This document shows, one piece after another, positions 1 to 13,706 of a stretch of 64,000 nt of DNA. A program made the translations under genes and the position numbers. Within the stretch, counting starts at the first letter, position 1. Each line of letters begins with the position of its first letter. Below the pieces are notes generated by a model. The model did not search any database. It was not told where the DNA came from and worked only from the letters and a program-made list of their open reading frames with translations. The DNA lies in the NCBI GenBank assembly GCA_964187785.1, contig OZ076409.1, forward strand, positions 53,322,001 to 53,386,000, in the 5' to 3' direction. This DNA is from Amphiscolops sp. MND2022. Taxonomy: Eukaryota.

Positions 1-1244
1 ATGTTGGCGCATGACAACACAATGATCGCGCAGTAATTATTAGTCCACTTAGCGCAGTAGAACAGTCTTTGCGCGAGTTCTATTTTTTGAAAGTGGGTCT
101 TTTTTGTTATCTTTGTTTACTCATTCTTTGACCTTTAATAATGATCAAGTTTTTTGCTTGACATTAATTATAATGCTCATTTTCTTGTTTATAATTTACC
201 ATTCATTGTTCACTTTTGTCGAAATTGTCATTACATACGTGTAAACAACCAGTTGGGACCTTTATGTTGTAACTTTGGCTTTAAGTACCTAATTTGTCGA
301 TTAACAACCAACTGATAACCCGTCCCCCAATTGTCTTTTCTTGTATGATTCCTTATCACTCAAACCGTCAATAAACGATATCAATTACAGACTTCTTGCC
401 TTGAGACGAGACCCAAATCTAATAGCTTGAACTCTTTTAGGTCCTTCAATCTTCTAGTTCGAACTCTTTCTTGAATTCCCCCGTTGTAGCTTGAGAGCTA
501 CCCCGAAACACACCCTAAGATATTTCGAGTAAACTTTCTTGCTCAGGGAAAGTCCTAGTTTGTTGTTTTTAGAAGTTTACTTTCTGAGACAACCACTTGA
601 AACTATATCACCTCTAATCACAGAAATGGGCGACTAAGGTAAAGAAAAAAACACAAATGTTCTGCTTTTTTGTCGCGGAAAGCTGCGAAAAAAGATTTGA
701 AAAAAACTACCCAAGCACTCTCCTTAGTGCAGCAAGGGTTAGGGTGAAAATAGTTTTTTTTGGGAAATGTCATTCGGCGCAGATCCCATTAGTCAGCAGA
801 AAGGGTCTTTGGTAGAAGCTTGTAGGCGTCAAAAACTCTGGGCGTAAAAAAGTGGCATTAATTCGTGTTCAGGGTTCTGTCAAAAACTCGGTAGAGAGCG
901 TTGATAACCACTAGTCTTTGCAAAAAGCAGTCTTGAAAAACAAGCTTCGTAGAAGGGACCTTGAAAAATAACAGGCTTCGGAGAGGGGGCCTTGAAGGAA
1001 AAAGCTTTCTCTGACACGGAACGAACTAACAGGGGTTTTGCAGGATGAAAAGGAAGCAGGGTCCAGTTCCAATCCATTGAAGTTCTTTTTTCACGGGAGC
1101 GCCAATTGTTAGAAAAGATGTCTATCAAGGCGGGATATCTTCAATCTTTTCTCATCAGTATTTTGTAATCCAGTGAATGATACATTTAGAAGACATTGTT
1201 TTTTTAGTTAGTTCAAATAGTAGTTTGTTGAGTCATTTATGACA

Positions 1245-1601
1245 TAGCCATTTTTCGATTTTTTTTCAGTTTTCTCAAAAACTGTCCATACGATTCGAAC
1301 GAAATTTTCTACAGTCATTCTACACCATATTATGGTCCTATAGTTGCAATTTCAATGAATTCGTATGGCTGATTTGTAAGAAACATAGCCAAATTTAACC
1401 CAAAAATGTCCAAAAAACAGCCATTTTTAGACTTTTTTAGACAAAAACTGTCCATACGATTCGAATGAAATTTTGTACACTCATTCTACGCCATATTATG
1501 GTCCTTTGTGTGTAATTTCATCAAATTCGTTTGACTGGAATTCGAGCGAATCAAACGGAAAAATACATAAGTCAACTCCTTTACTGCATATGCGGCTCTG
1601 G
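1245..1601 (+). mobile_element. Degenerate Helentron/Helitron-like non-autonomous element with ~2 copies of the 172-bp unit
   Basis: Shares the unit (AAAAACTGTCCATACGATTCGAA...) and the 3' end (CTCCTTTACTGCATATGCGGCTCTGG then TT) with 3590-4456. Confidence 0.7.
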
Positions 1602-3589
1602 TTAGCTTTCCAGACAACTTAAGAAAAAAATCCGTTTTTCTAGCCTAGTTACAACGTTGAGAATGAGTTTTTTACGCTTGCGCTGACGTTCACGAAGTTT
1701 GGTAAGTTGCAGCAACTTGTTTTAACGCGCAGTGAAATGCTACCAGGTTTTTCAATGCTGCAGTATCATTTTACCAAGTATTTTTCCTGCGCGCATGCCT
1801 TCAACATGAAAGAAGTCTCGGTAGTTTAGACTAGGGTTTGTTGCAACGGAACTCCGGAAACAATTAGGGACCATTTCAAACCGAAAAAGTATGCTTTTTC
1901 CAATTATCTATAATGGTCAAAAAAGCTTACAACTTTGGATGCTTTCCAACCGATTATTCAATCAATTTTTTTTAGGTTTCTGCAGATATATATAGATTTT
2001 GCTATATCGCAAGTCTCAAGTATCTCAAAATTATTCGTATCATTTTCTTGAATTCGATGAGATCCCTCAACACTTTTTCAAACACTTCTTCAATAAGTCT
2101 GGATTTGAAATTAGCTTTTTGAATTTACTATTAAATAGCAAATTGGAAACATTCAATTAAAAATATATAAAAGTGGTATTTATTGTAAGGAAATATTGAA
2201 GGAGAAATGGATTCCCAAACTACAAATTCTACAGACAGCAAATGGTTTGGCAAAAACGACCGAAAAACGTAAGTATAATAGCTTATTTTTGGTTACGTGA
2301 ATGCTGCAACGGAGATGAGACTCTATTGGTCTTACAATTCATTTCGTACGAAATGTGAGGAACTGAGACTGCAAAGGAGAACAAAGGTTTATTTCCACCA
2401 TTACTGTTTTTCTAAGTCGGCGCCCTTTCGGATATAATCTCCCCATAGCAAGCTATGGTACCATATTTGCAACCAAGTGGTCAAGCAATGGTCGACTTGA
2501 AGCCGTGGTTTCAAAGTGACTTGCTCAAGGTCGCCAAAATTAATTACATTTCCAAAAAATGTATCTACTGTTCGTATCATTCGACGAATCCGTTGATGTT
2601 CCCAAGGCATATTGATCTTGATGACTTTCCATTTCATTGAAGACCTTTTCAATTGTGATTGGAATGCGAGGGCCTGAATCAACGCGGTCATTCTTTCAAT
2701 TATCAGCAAAACGCTTTTATAAAACCATTGTGAGATCGTCTTCAGTTGCGCCTCGATCCTTTGCCTTTAAGTTTTGACTCTGCGGTAGGATGATCAAGAC
2801 ATTGTTTTTTTTTCAATCCTATGGCGCTAGTTGGTTGGATTCATTAATATATACCCGCTATGAAATACAATTAAGCTTAAACTTTATCAATGCGTTCCAG
2901 TTTTCTTGACCTACCGTCAAAATTTGTTGTTCGTATACACTTATCGACAAAAGTTTTGTCACTGGCTAAACAAGACCAAGTGCTTCCAAACGTTTTACAC
3001 AAATTTAAATCTGAAAATTTGCTTCTACATCCAGTGCCTTTAAATATGTTCTCAAAATTGTTTCACTTTCTTTTCCTCTTGAATTTGTGAAGTTATGGAA
3101 ACGTTCACCAAAACATCACAATTCGTCGAAATTGGCAAATACGAAGTTTCCATATTTTTACGAATTGCACAGGAAAAGAAATTTTGACTATTTTGAGAAC
3201 TCTTGATCTTCAGGCATTGAACGTAGCAAATTTTCAAATTTCAATTTATCTGAAACGTTCTTTAAGCAGTTGATCTTATTCAGCCAGGGACAGAATTTTT
3301 GTCGGTAAGTGTAGTTTTGAACTTGAATTTGCCCCCTTGAATTTGTCTTCAGATTTATTTATTCACCTTGCCATAGATTTTTAGTATTTACAGAGATGCT
3401 TTTTAGCTAGCCGTATTTTTATCCGTCACTGGGGACCAGGGAACAACTTGACTGAATAATACAGTTTTGTTTTTTGAGCCAATGATTTCTCAGGAGAAAG
3501 CGTCATATAAAAATTTCGATTCACGGCCTGATAGTTTTTTCGCCTTTTTGTACGTGGGTGTCTACCAGCACTTCCAGTTCAGTTATCCA

Positions 3590-4456
3590 GGCATCAAAAT
3601 CGTATGGCTGGGATGTGAGAAACATAGCCAAAATTAGCCCAAAAATGGCCAAAAAACAGCCATTTTTCGACTTTTTTCGATTTTCTCAAAAACTGTCCAT
3701 ACGATTCGAACGAATTTTCTACAGTTATTCTACACCATATTAGAGTCCTATATGTGCAATGGCATCAAAATCGTATGGCTGGGATGTGAGAAACATTGCC
3801 AAAATTAGCCCAAAAATGGCCAAAAAACAGCCATTTTTCGACTTTTTTCGCTTTTCTCAAAAACTGTCCATACGATTCGAACGAAATTTTCTACAGTTAT
3901 TCTACACCATATTAGAGTCCTATATGTGCAATGGCATCAAAATCGTATGGCTGGGATGTGAGAAACATAGCCAAAATTAGCCCAAAAATGGCCAAAAAAC
4001 AGCCATTTTTCGACTTTTTTCGCTTTTCTCAAAAACTGTCCATACGATTCGAACGAAATTTTCTACAGTTATTCAACACCATATTAGAGTCCTATATGTG
4101 CAATGGCATCAAAATCGTATGGCTGGGATGTGAGAAACATAGCCAAAATTAGCCCAAAAATGGCCAAAAAACAGCCATTTTTCGACTTTTTCGATTTTCT
4201 CAAAAACTGTCCATACGATTCGAACGAAATTTTCTACAGTTATTCTACACCATATTAGAGTCCTATATGTGCAATGGCATCAAAATCGTATGGCTGGTAT
4301 GTGAGAAACATAGCCAAAATTAGCCCAAAAATGGCCAAAAAACAGTCATTTTTCGATTTTTTCGATTTTTTCACAAACTGTTCATACGATTCGAACGAAA
4401 GCGAGTCAGAAGGAAAAAGACTTCAGCCGACTCCTTTACCGCATATGCGGCTCTGG
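3590..4456 (+). repeat. Tandem array of ~4.7 x 171-172-bp units ending in a Helentron/Helitron-like 3' terminus
   Basis: Units begin GGCATCAAAATCGTATGGCTGG about every 172 bp, mirrored by near-identical ORFs at 3759, 3931 and 4274. The array ends GCCGACT-CCTTTA-CCGCATATGCGG (palindrome)-CTCTGG-TT. Confidence 0.9.
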
Positions 4457-6292
4457 TTTGAAATAGATCACATTTATGAAGGGTTGTTGTCTTGATTTTT
4501 GTTTCTAGTTGGTAGAGCATCCGGTGTTTCATATACATAACGGATCTTGAAGATAGAATTTGTGTCTGAGGAAAATTGCAATTTAGTTCGAAAACCTTTT
4601 GAAAAGTCTGTCAACACAATTAGCTAACGGCAAAAAAATAGGTAACGGCAACGATCGTAACAAACTTTTTCATTGCTATTCTTGAGAACACAATCTCGAA
4701 GATTCTCTGAAGTGTAAGATGGAAATCTGAGCATAAGAAAAACGTTGCCAATTTGTTTTTAAAAGAAAAAAAGTTCTGTATCCCTCAAAGACCTGAACCC
4801 TCATTTTCCCGCTAATCTAATGCACAACAATGTTGATTAAAAAAGTGGAAGTTGAATCGTAATCCTACAAAGTTCTTCCAAAAACAGGCTCATGTTATTT
4901 TCCATACTTTTTAACAAATAGGCATTGAAAGCATAAGTGCTGTATAGAATTGTTTCGAGCATGTTCGATTAGTGTGAGAACCAGTTTTCTATTTTGCAAA
5001 AAAAAATTGGTTTCGTTTTCGAATTCAATTTTGAATTGACGCTTTTAGGTTCCTTATGTAATCACTTAGTTTGGCTTCTGTTCCAGGAAGAGAAGCGCTA
5101 ATGCGTCGAAAACAGAGTCATGGTTCTCTCTACAGAACAAGAAAGAGGATAACAAAACTGATCAAGCTGCAAGTGAATATGCTCAAACGGTCTATACAAG
5201 TCTATCAAACCTAGAATATTAAATTTTTTGTTCAAATAAACTAATGCAAATTTTTTAATTCTTCAAGGACGCCATGTGATTATCATCGAAACTCCATTAC
5301 AGGTGTGATATCAAGCTACACTGCTTTCAAAAATGCTCTCAGTTTCAATTCTTTACACTAACTTGAACATTCTGTTCGCCTGTAGCAGCAAAAGGTAAGA
5401 ATCATTATTTAATCTCATGTCTACTTTTCTCGAAAAATTAAATTGAATCGAGTTCAATAAGGACAAAAACGAGTTTTTAACTCTTATACACAATTATATT
5501 TGCGAATACCTGAATATCATCGAGCGGACGGTTTTTTCATCCTTGTAATTGGAAAAATTAGCAAGAAAATCATATAGGGAAATTTATACAATTTGTATGG
5601 AGCCTGCATTTGACATCTTGGAATCTTTGGCTTGAAAAAATCTTGTAATATCTTGGTACAATCTTAGTGGAGATAATGGCCAAGATTAACATGAAACATT
5701 GCCATGATGGTCAAAGTGTGTTAGAAATGCTACTAAAGTAGCCAAATTTCAGAGTGAATCTTGCAAAAATTTTTAAGGTGCGGTAAAATAAGAGCTATCA
5801 AAGATCTTGAATGATGTTCGAATTAATGAGAAACCAGAGTTAGAGGGGAATCTGAACAAGTAAGCCCAGGCATTATTCACAGGGAAAATGGGAGTCATGA
5901 TTTATCGGAAATATTGTCCAGTCATAACTATTGACAGGTTTTAAAAAGAATCCCGCTAAGTATATAAAAAAATACAGAAAACGTCATCTAGATTCGTCAG
6001 CATTCTAGTCAAAATAGGTGGAATTTTTGACTGCACAAACTGCCCACTGCCCATCCAGCCGACAAATACGCCGGGAATTTGGTCAGGATAGTAAAGATTT
6101 ACAGAATATCTTTCGAAGTAAACTCCGTCAATCTTGAATTTGAAAATCATGTTTTTGGCATTATCTCTGTGAGTATCTAATATGGAACAAGACTCAGAGG
6201 AATCAAAACGAAGAACCAATCATGAACTTCAATTCCTCAGGAGGATCCACTTCAGCTCCGACTATACAGATTGCTTCTGACAGATTGTATTG

Positions 6293-7546
6293 AACTTCCG
6301 GTCTGAAAGAAACATCAGCAATCTACTATTTGAAAACTTTTTCGAAGTTCATTTGTTCACACCTTTGTATATGAAAAAACAAAAAACACTATGAATGTCG
6401 AAATTCCAACCTAATAGGATGTCAAGGCAGCTCTACTAGAAGCGATAACTTCGACAAGTTGCCTTGGAAAAGGCATGACAAGTTTATGCACCTCTTCAAT
6501 TTCCGGACTGTCCCGAAGTGCAATTACAGCTCCTTTGAGCTCTTTAACGGTGTCGTGTCACTTGCCACCGGCATTAATTCTTTGAACAAATAGCTCCGTC
6601 AATTTTCAAATGGGTAACAGGCCGGAGCGCCTGCAGGCCACTCAAGAAGACTGACGTCATGTCGTTCTAAAAAAAATTGAGTTGAAGCAGACACATGTGA
6701 AGTAGCGTTATCTTGCATCAGTGTATCCTGGGACTGGTGGAACGTAAAAATCCGAGTCCAAAGACTGCTCGCAAATGTGTAATGATGTGCGACCATTGTA
6801 ACAAGTTCAGTCCAAATCATAACACAGTTGTAAAAACTTTTTTCCATAGATTTATCTCTGTAATTTTTTTGGTCCAGTAATACCTAGTTCAATCAAGTCC
6901 GTTCAACAACAAGCAGTTTTCATCAGCGAAAGTTATTTTCTTGATATCAAACTTGCCGCGTTTTGTTGTTAATGGTACTTTTGGTCCACTGAAGGTGTTT
7001 GCTTTCATGGCGCACAGTTAGGGCTGAAGATTTTACAAAATTGACTAATTGTAGTGATCATTTTTGATGAAGTTTCTCACAGGTTCTTCAGAGATTCCCT
7101 AATGAGAGTTTCAAATCTCGAATGAGGTTCATGAGAGATGGTGGATCCCGCGCAGACAATTCTCGTATATTTTGCCGCTTAGTTACACCCTTCAAAAAAT
7201 TTCTCTTTTTGACCGCCACCATGTCTATGAGTTCTCATTCGTTTAAGCTAGTTCCTAATACAGTTATAGCTGCTCGGACCCAGCGCTTCAGGTCTCTCAG
7301 AAATGCTTTTCCCACCAACATGCAAGCCTGTAACGATTCTTGTTCCAAAGTTTGTTAAAAGCGTTCCTTCTTTTGTCATTTTGATTTATTTACGATATTA
7401 AAATTTTTCGCCAGTATTTTATTAAAATTCCCATAAAATCTGGTAACAAAATACGGCTGAAAAATTGAAAGTATTTGTGAACAAATGAACTTCGAAAAAA
7501 CAATTTTCACATACGAGGTCGCCGATGTTTTTTCAGACTGGAAGTG
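6293..7546 (-). mobile_element. Degenerate Tc1/mariner DNA transposon
   Basis: Imperfect ~70-bp TIRs (6293-6362 vs 7476-7546, TA after the right end). Transposase remnant QDNATSH...LLEWPAGAPACYPFEN corresponds to Tc1 QDNAxxH / WPxxSPDLNPIEN. Confidence 0.85.
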
Positions 7547-9498
7547 TAACTGAAGCAAACCAGATGTGTGATCATCATCGAAGTGTGATCTTCTCAAAAG
7601 TTGAAGCTCATGAATTTTTCTTCATTTATATTCCCTGAGAGGCGTTCGTGAAAAGAAAAATTGCAAACTGTTTGCCTGAAAACTTATTTTTACATACGAG
7701 ATTACCTGAGTTTAGTTACCAATTGCTGGGAACTTTCACAAGATGGCCGAAGCCCAACCGAAATTTTAGACAGAGTTTAACAACAAGTCTTGCCGAAAAT
7801 CACCTAGATTTCCCAAATCTATAACAAATCGTGCCACAATTGCACGGATTTATCATAAATTTTGTCTAGATTGCAAAAAAGCTGACACGAAAAATGTCAA
7901 AATGGCAGACTTTCTTTCTGGAAAAGCGTCAAAGTTTACTGGGGATTTTGCCCGAATGCAAAGATATATATCATTGCATTCTGGGTGTAGCCGGAAAGTC
8001 TGACCTAAGGGAAAGTCTGACCTAAGGACCTAAGGGCCTAAAGACTGTCACGATGTAGCAAGATTCTAGCCCAAGCTTGATGCGAATTGTTTCTTTGTTT
8101 GTCTTCTGTTAGGTATGGTTTCCGTGGATGAAAGAAATCAGTTGGTTCTTTTGTTTGCTTCGCATCATTGTTTTCCTCTGTATTCATGCATTTTTGGTGT
8201 ATTTGTGGTAGTAGAATCAAGTGCTTTCAAACGAAGAATTTGTGTCTTAACCTGTGCTTGTGTTCCCTTTTTTAAAATTGAGTTTCGATCATGATGCTGC
8301 ACGTTCATGATGCTGGATTCTAAATCCTTGACTTGTTTGATATATTTGTTTTAGATATGTTTTGAAATAATATTGCTAACTGTTCTTTGTTTTCCCAACT
8401 TTTTTCGATGGTTTTGAACATTTCGCGACCGAAAACTAGTTTTACTGTTTTTTCGAATTTTTTCATCGAATGGTTCAAAACTTCGACTGTTGGAATCGTA
8501 ATTCACCTCTTTTTGCTAGACAAGCCACGTTTTAATACCTTTTTCGTAACTTTCTGCGAGATACTAGGAACTTTGAATTTCACCGATAGAATTCAACTGA
8601 CGTAAAATTAGTATCAAGCTGTATGTATTTGTAAAGATTTTTGGATTTTTGGTTGACCCCAAAGACCCCAGAATGACCCAAAAATGACCTTTAATTTTGT
8701 CAAACTTTCGATAGAGTTCGTGGCTTAGAATGGTGAAAACGTTCAAAAGGGGAAAATTTGTTGTACAAGAAGCTGTTTCGAAGAAATAAATGCATTTTTT
8801 CAACAAAAAAACCCCGCGAATTGAGACCGAAATTAAGAAAAATTCCAAAAAATCAGGTTTTTAAAATTTTAATTTCTTGTCAAATTTTCCATAAACTTGC
8901 AGGATTAGAATGGTGAAAACGTTCAACAAGAAAAAAATCGTTGCCCGGGAGTCTTTTGTGCAAGAATAAACGCAGTTTTCCATTGAAAATTAAGCTCAAA
9001 TCGAGACTGAAAATGCAGAATTTTCAGAAACGAACAAACTAGCTATGCATTATGCATTATGCTATTTTGAAGAAAGGGTTGCAGTGTTTTGCTTCAAAAA
9101 CACTTCAAAAATGACCCTGATGTGTCAGAAATGGGGAAAATTACATTCAGCGTTTCTTATGCAAACTTCTGAGTTCTTTGAGAAGTTTCCATCGTTGGAA
9201 AAATGAAAACGTTCAACAGCGAATAGGTGGGTTATCCAGTAGGCTTTTTGAAGGTCATTGCAGCCTCAAAATAACCACAAAAAAGTGAAAAAAACAATTG
9301 TCGACAGCTATTTGACAATTTAGTGAAATTTTAAAGAAAGTTACCAGAATTTTGTAATTTTTGAAAACTCTAAACTTTTAATAGAGGTTTGCAGATTGTC
9401 TAAAAAACGAAATTCGCATTTTTGTATGTAAAAAGTTCGTCAGAACAACTTAAAATAAGCGAAGAATTTGTAAATTTTTCGAGCAATTTTGTTACTCA

Positions 9499-10084
9499 TC
9501 AATGACTGGACCCGATATCCAATAGGCGTTTTTGAAACGACATCTGCATTTTCTTAGAAAAGTACCTCAAATGACCGCAAAGTTGTCGATAAATCAGAAT
9601 GTTCCAAATTTTGACGCCTTTGGTGACTTTTCGTGCAAATTTATAAAAGATTGGTTGATTAGGTTTTGGTATCCACACAGGCCGACAAAACACAAATATG
9701 TGTTCAGTGTGTTCTTGATGTGTTTCCTTCTGAAATGGGATGAAAATGGAAATGGGATCAATCAAAAAGTGTCAAAACTTATTCTCATTAAACTTCTATG
9801 TGTTTTCATCCTGCAATGGCTACTCTTGAGCCTCAAAATTATGTCATTACTAGTACAGTTTGGACGGAAAATATCCTGCTGGTCATTGGTTGTCTGGTTT
9901 TGGAAATTGTCTGAGATTGTTTTAGGATGCTCAAAATCGTAGCATTCACCCCTTTGGCCGCGGAAATAGAGAGGGCGCGTCTGTAGTTGTTGATTCTTGT
10001 AATTAAATTCTTCAATTGAGACGGTAGTTCAACCTTTGCTTTCAGAAACTTATTTCCAAGTAAATTAGCACCATGACAAATCAA
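9499..10084 (-). pseudogene. Possible hAT-like transposase remnant
   Basis: ICHGANLL resembles the hAT CxxHxxNL motif, followed downstream by DPISIFIPFQKE. No termini found. Confidence 0.35.
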
Positions 10085-10366
10085 ATTGTTTTCAAGGCAA
10101 TTCTTTCAGTGGAAGACTAAATCGAAACATGGGAAAATTATCTCTTATGTCGGAAGCAACATTGCGCCGTTGACGTTCTGAAGGGAAGTGACAAGTCTTT
10201 TTTTTTACGTTCATACTTCCTTTTACTGCATGCTACGTTCATACTTCCTCTTACTGCATAATCAATTCAATCATGTTGCTCCTGAGTTCTGTGAGGAAAT
10301 AGGTTTAGTGGTCGGTTGAATGGACAAAATGCTTTTTAAATTGAAACACTGTCAATTGAAACAGTG

Positions 10367-10864
10367 AACAAGCCGGGAACGGCCAAAGTCGACGCTATAT
10401 CTAAGGCTCAAAATTGTAAAAGGGGGGACCCTTTGGGCTTTGTGAAACTCCAATAAAATAGGAAAAAATTGGATGTAAAAAGGAAAAAAATTAAAGGGGG
10501 ACCATTGGGAGATTTTAAAAAAATTTCCGAAAAAAATTTTTAAAAATTTTCAAACAATGTGACAGTGCCGAAAATGTAAAAGGGGGGACCCTTTGGGATT
10601 TTTTGACATCCATTGTGTTGCAAAATGTTAAAAAAGTTGAAAGGGAGACCCTTTGGTGGAATCCAAAAAGCTTAAAAAAAGTCGCATAATGCCGAAAACA
10701 ATCCGAGTGAAAAAACGAGGGGATCCTATGTTATCGATGTTCTGGACGTCGATGTTTTTGTTGTGGACGAGGTTCTGACGTTTCGAGTATGCTTTGGACG
10801 TCCGTAGTTTAAGTTGATGATGACTGTAAGAGTCAGGATTTTCTTCGAAAACGCCGACTAAAAA
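10367..10864 (-). mobile_element. Helentron-associated (HINE/DINE-1-like) non-autonomous element
   Basis: Ends AACAAGCCGGGAACGGC...AGTCGACGCTATATCTAAGGCTC and ACGCCGACTAAAAA, with internal AAAGGGGGACCCTTTG subrepeats. Multiple related copies occur in the window. Confidence 0.8.
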
Positions 10865-12742
10865 GACTGTTCTTCAGGAATACCGCCGACTGACCCAGCT
10901 TTCAAAAGAACCCATCTAAGTCCATACACATGAATCATGTTGGTATCCAAAATTGAAACCACAGTTCCCTCTGGGTTGGAACTTGTGCCTTCATGATGAA
11001 CATCCAGCTAAACTAAACACTTTACTCTAAAGTGTTTCCAGAAAAATTCCAAAGATTAGACAAGGTTTCTTAGGACCTTCAACTTAGTCTTTACATTGAA
11101 CTTTTTGGCTTTCAACGAGCCCGCTGAAGTTCCAGTACAGACACCATGAATTGTAACATGAGAAAAAATTACCTTTTAAACACCTTTTTTCTTATACGCA
11201 TTTAATCAAACCCGATTTGAATAGACCTATTTGTTTCTGAATATAATGTAGGAGTTCCAAAACCAGCCGAACAGAGAAACTTACGAAGACAAGCCACAGG
11301 GTGTGTTCGAAGTGGACACTTTTCATGGTCTGGCAGGGGACGCGCCCCTAGCCTTGAGATCCCTGATGCTGCGAAAAAGCCGGCTCCTTCGATACAGAGC
11401 TCGGTGCCAGGAGTTTCTCAACGAAGCTACTCCACAAAATGTAATTTTTCTCCCTGGAATGCAACCTGCTCAACACCCCAAATCAAATGAGAATGACGCT
11501 CCGGCGAATTCGCCGGATTGGCTGCTGAAGTACTTTGGAGAATCTTACTTCACTGATTTTGATGGTTAGTGCAGAATTCGGACAACAAAACAACTTCGCC
11601 AATGAGTGTTTGTTTATTATCTGGATTTTGAGCAACATGGCATTGAATGCAAATTGAACATGGAGCCATACGCGTCATGCATGGAATACAGTAGGCATGG
11701 ACATCAAGGTTCCATCTATTGAATTGCAAGTAACTGCGTTGATCACATGGTTCCATATATGATTTCGGATCCGGGTAACCTATATTTTAACTTTGTTCAA
11801 TTAATATCATGTTATAAACAATTGTAGTAGTTTTCTTTAGTGCATTCACTATAGTGCTTTCGGATAGTGCTGTCGACTAAAAACAAAGCAAACAAAACTG
11901 TCTGGGAAAGAAAAAACGAGAAATTAATTTTGTGCGGCCTGATATATCAGTGAAAAAATTCTCATATCAGCACAAGGTTAATTTTGACAATCATTCATTG
12001 AATAGCAATTGCTGTATTATGTTTTGCTGTGAAACAAGGGAAAGAATCAGTATCGTAGATGAAAATTATTGCATAACTCATATCAAGCGACAACTCATAT
12101 CAGGCGACAACCCATATCAAGTTGAAAAAGCGACAACTGATTTCAATACTAAAGTGAAACTCAAACAATATCTAAATAGGCAATTAATTAGAACAAAGGC
12201 ATTTCAAAATTCAATATTGTTCGCTAAACCTTCTAGTGATAACTGTTGAAAATTGTTTGAGTCGCTCGTTGGCTTTATCATACTTTGTGTCTTTTCGCGA
12301 CTGTTCTCCAGCTAGTATACGAGCAGTTTTCACTTCTGTCCAGTTGTGTTCCTTTCTCAGAAACGTGAGAAATAAGCCCAATGTGGGATGAGCAAATTCC
12401 ATTCCATGTTGTGGTTTTGGTACATTTAAATAATTCAACGTTCTTTTGGTGTAATAGTGCTAATAATCACAATTGTGTGTTCTCAACTTAACTGACGCGC
12501 GCTTTGAGCCATGAGTTAACTGATAACAAATTGGCTCCAGTTAGCACCTGATATGAGTTTCCTATATCAAAATAAGATATGAGTTTCCCCAGACATGAGT
12601 TGTCGCTGTACGAAAAAAATACATACCAAAGTTGTTCAAACAATTTGCCGTCAAACAATTAGAGCTGAATTTGTTTTTCAATTAATTTGCAAGGTTCAAA
12701 TCCTTCAAAAATTAAGAACAAAGGAAGCTACTTCCACAAGCA

Positions 12743-13467
12743 CACTAGGATAGTAAAAAGATGAAGACACTCAATTTCGCTGGCGGAAAATTCCAAACTG
12801 CAACAAATTTTCACAACTTCCTTTGACACAAAAGTCTCAGTATCAAATATTAGTCAAAATTTAATCAAGTTTGCTGGGTTGTTTTTCGTTTTGAAGTCAA
12901 ACAAAAATAACAAAACCTAAAAAATCTACAACGCTATTTTTTTATTTACGGTTTTTTGGATGTATCATTCAATATCCCAAAAAACTTGTTCGTAACAAAA
13001 AGTGACTGCGCTAAACTAGCTATCTACCTTTCTTTGAGTCAGATCTCTAACGTTACATCAATGATTTCGCTGAAAACTCTCTCCTGAAGAATATACACGG
13101 CAAAATGATCACAACGTGCTATCGCTTTTCTACTGGAAACGCGATTGCACTGAAGCACAACTTTTTGGCTTTTCATCGTTTGAGAAAACATTGTCACAAA
13201 ACGTGGTAATGATGAAAGTTAAAGAATGGAATCAAGATAAAAACATTGGCATATTATTTTTCTGACTAGTGATTTTTGGGACATTGGGTGATAAAATTTT
13301 TAAAAATGCAAAAAACTACTCGAAATACAATGCTGACGTAATGCTGATCAGAATTTGAGTGACTTTTGCACCTGAGGCTTCTTTTTGTAAAATTATTATA
13401 AAAAAATTTGGCTTTGAGTTTTTTCAATAGCAAAATCAAGTGTCTTCAGTTTTTCCATACCCTAGTG
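12743..13467. mobile_element. Old foldback MITE, probably Tc1/mariner-derived
   Basis: CACTAGGATAGTAAAAAGATGAAGACAC at 12743 is an imperfect inverted copy of GTGTCTTCAGTTTTTCCATACCCTAGTG ending at 13467, which is followed by TA. Inner arms also match loosely. Confidence 0.6.
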
Positions 13468-13706
13468 TATATGCCCAAAGGAACACGTAATTAGGTTTTG
13501 GCAATTTTTGAAGTATCAACCACGTCATCAATGGGTAAAAAGAAAAGCAAGCGGTAAAGTCTAAATAGCAGTAATTGTGAAAACAAAACATTTTCAGCTG
13601 AAATTCGAATCACACTGATAACTTGTCTCCATGTAATTGATTTTCAAAAAATCCTTTGAAAATCTCGGTAGAACACGAACTTCAGAAAAAACTGTTTTTT
13701 AAACTC

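Noticed and set aside
1..1230. Decayed coding-like sequence on the - strand, possibly Polinton/Maverick accessory genes
   Set aside because: No recognisable motif, intact frame or terminus.
3558..4495. Repeated MASKSYGW... ORFs and regular spacing suggesting a tandem gene family or CRISPR array
   Set aside because: These are translations of a 172-bp tandem repeat. There are no unique spacers or cas genes, and the context is eukaryotic.
2200..5400. Scattered strong + strand splice donors (near 2269, 3304, 5395) suggesting small exons
   Set aside because: Could not assemble a coherent reading frame. They may be UTR or lncRNA exons but are unsupported without RNA data.
11303..11760. GC-richer ORF-like stretch
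   Set aside because: Interrupted by stops, with no recognisable family.
11930..12610. Inverted CAACTCATATCAG / CTGATATGAGTT subrepeats suggesting a DNA transposon
   Set aside because: Probably a real MITE relic, but its ends and TSD could not be defined.
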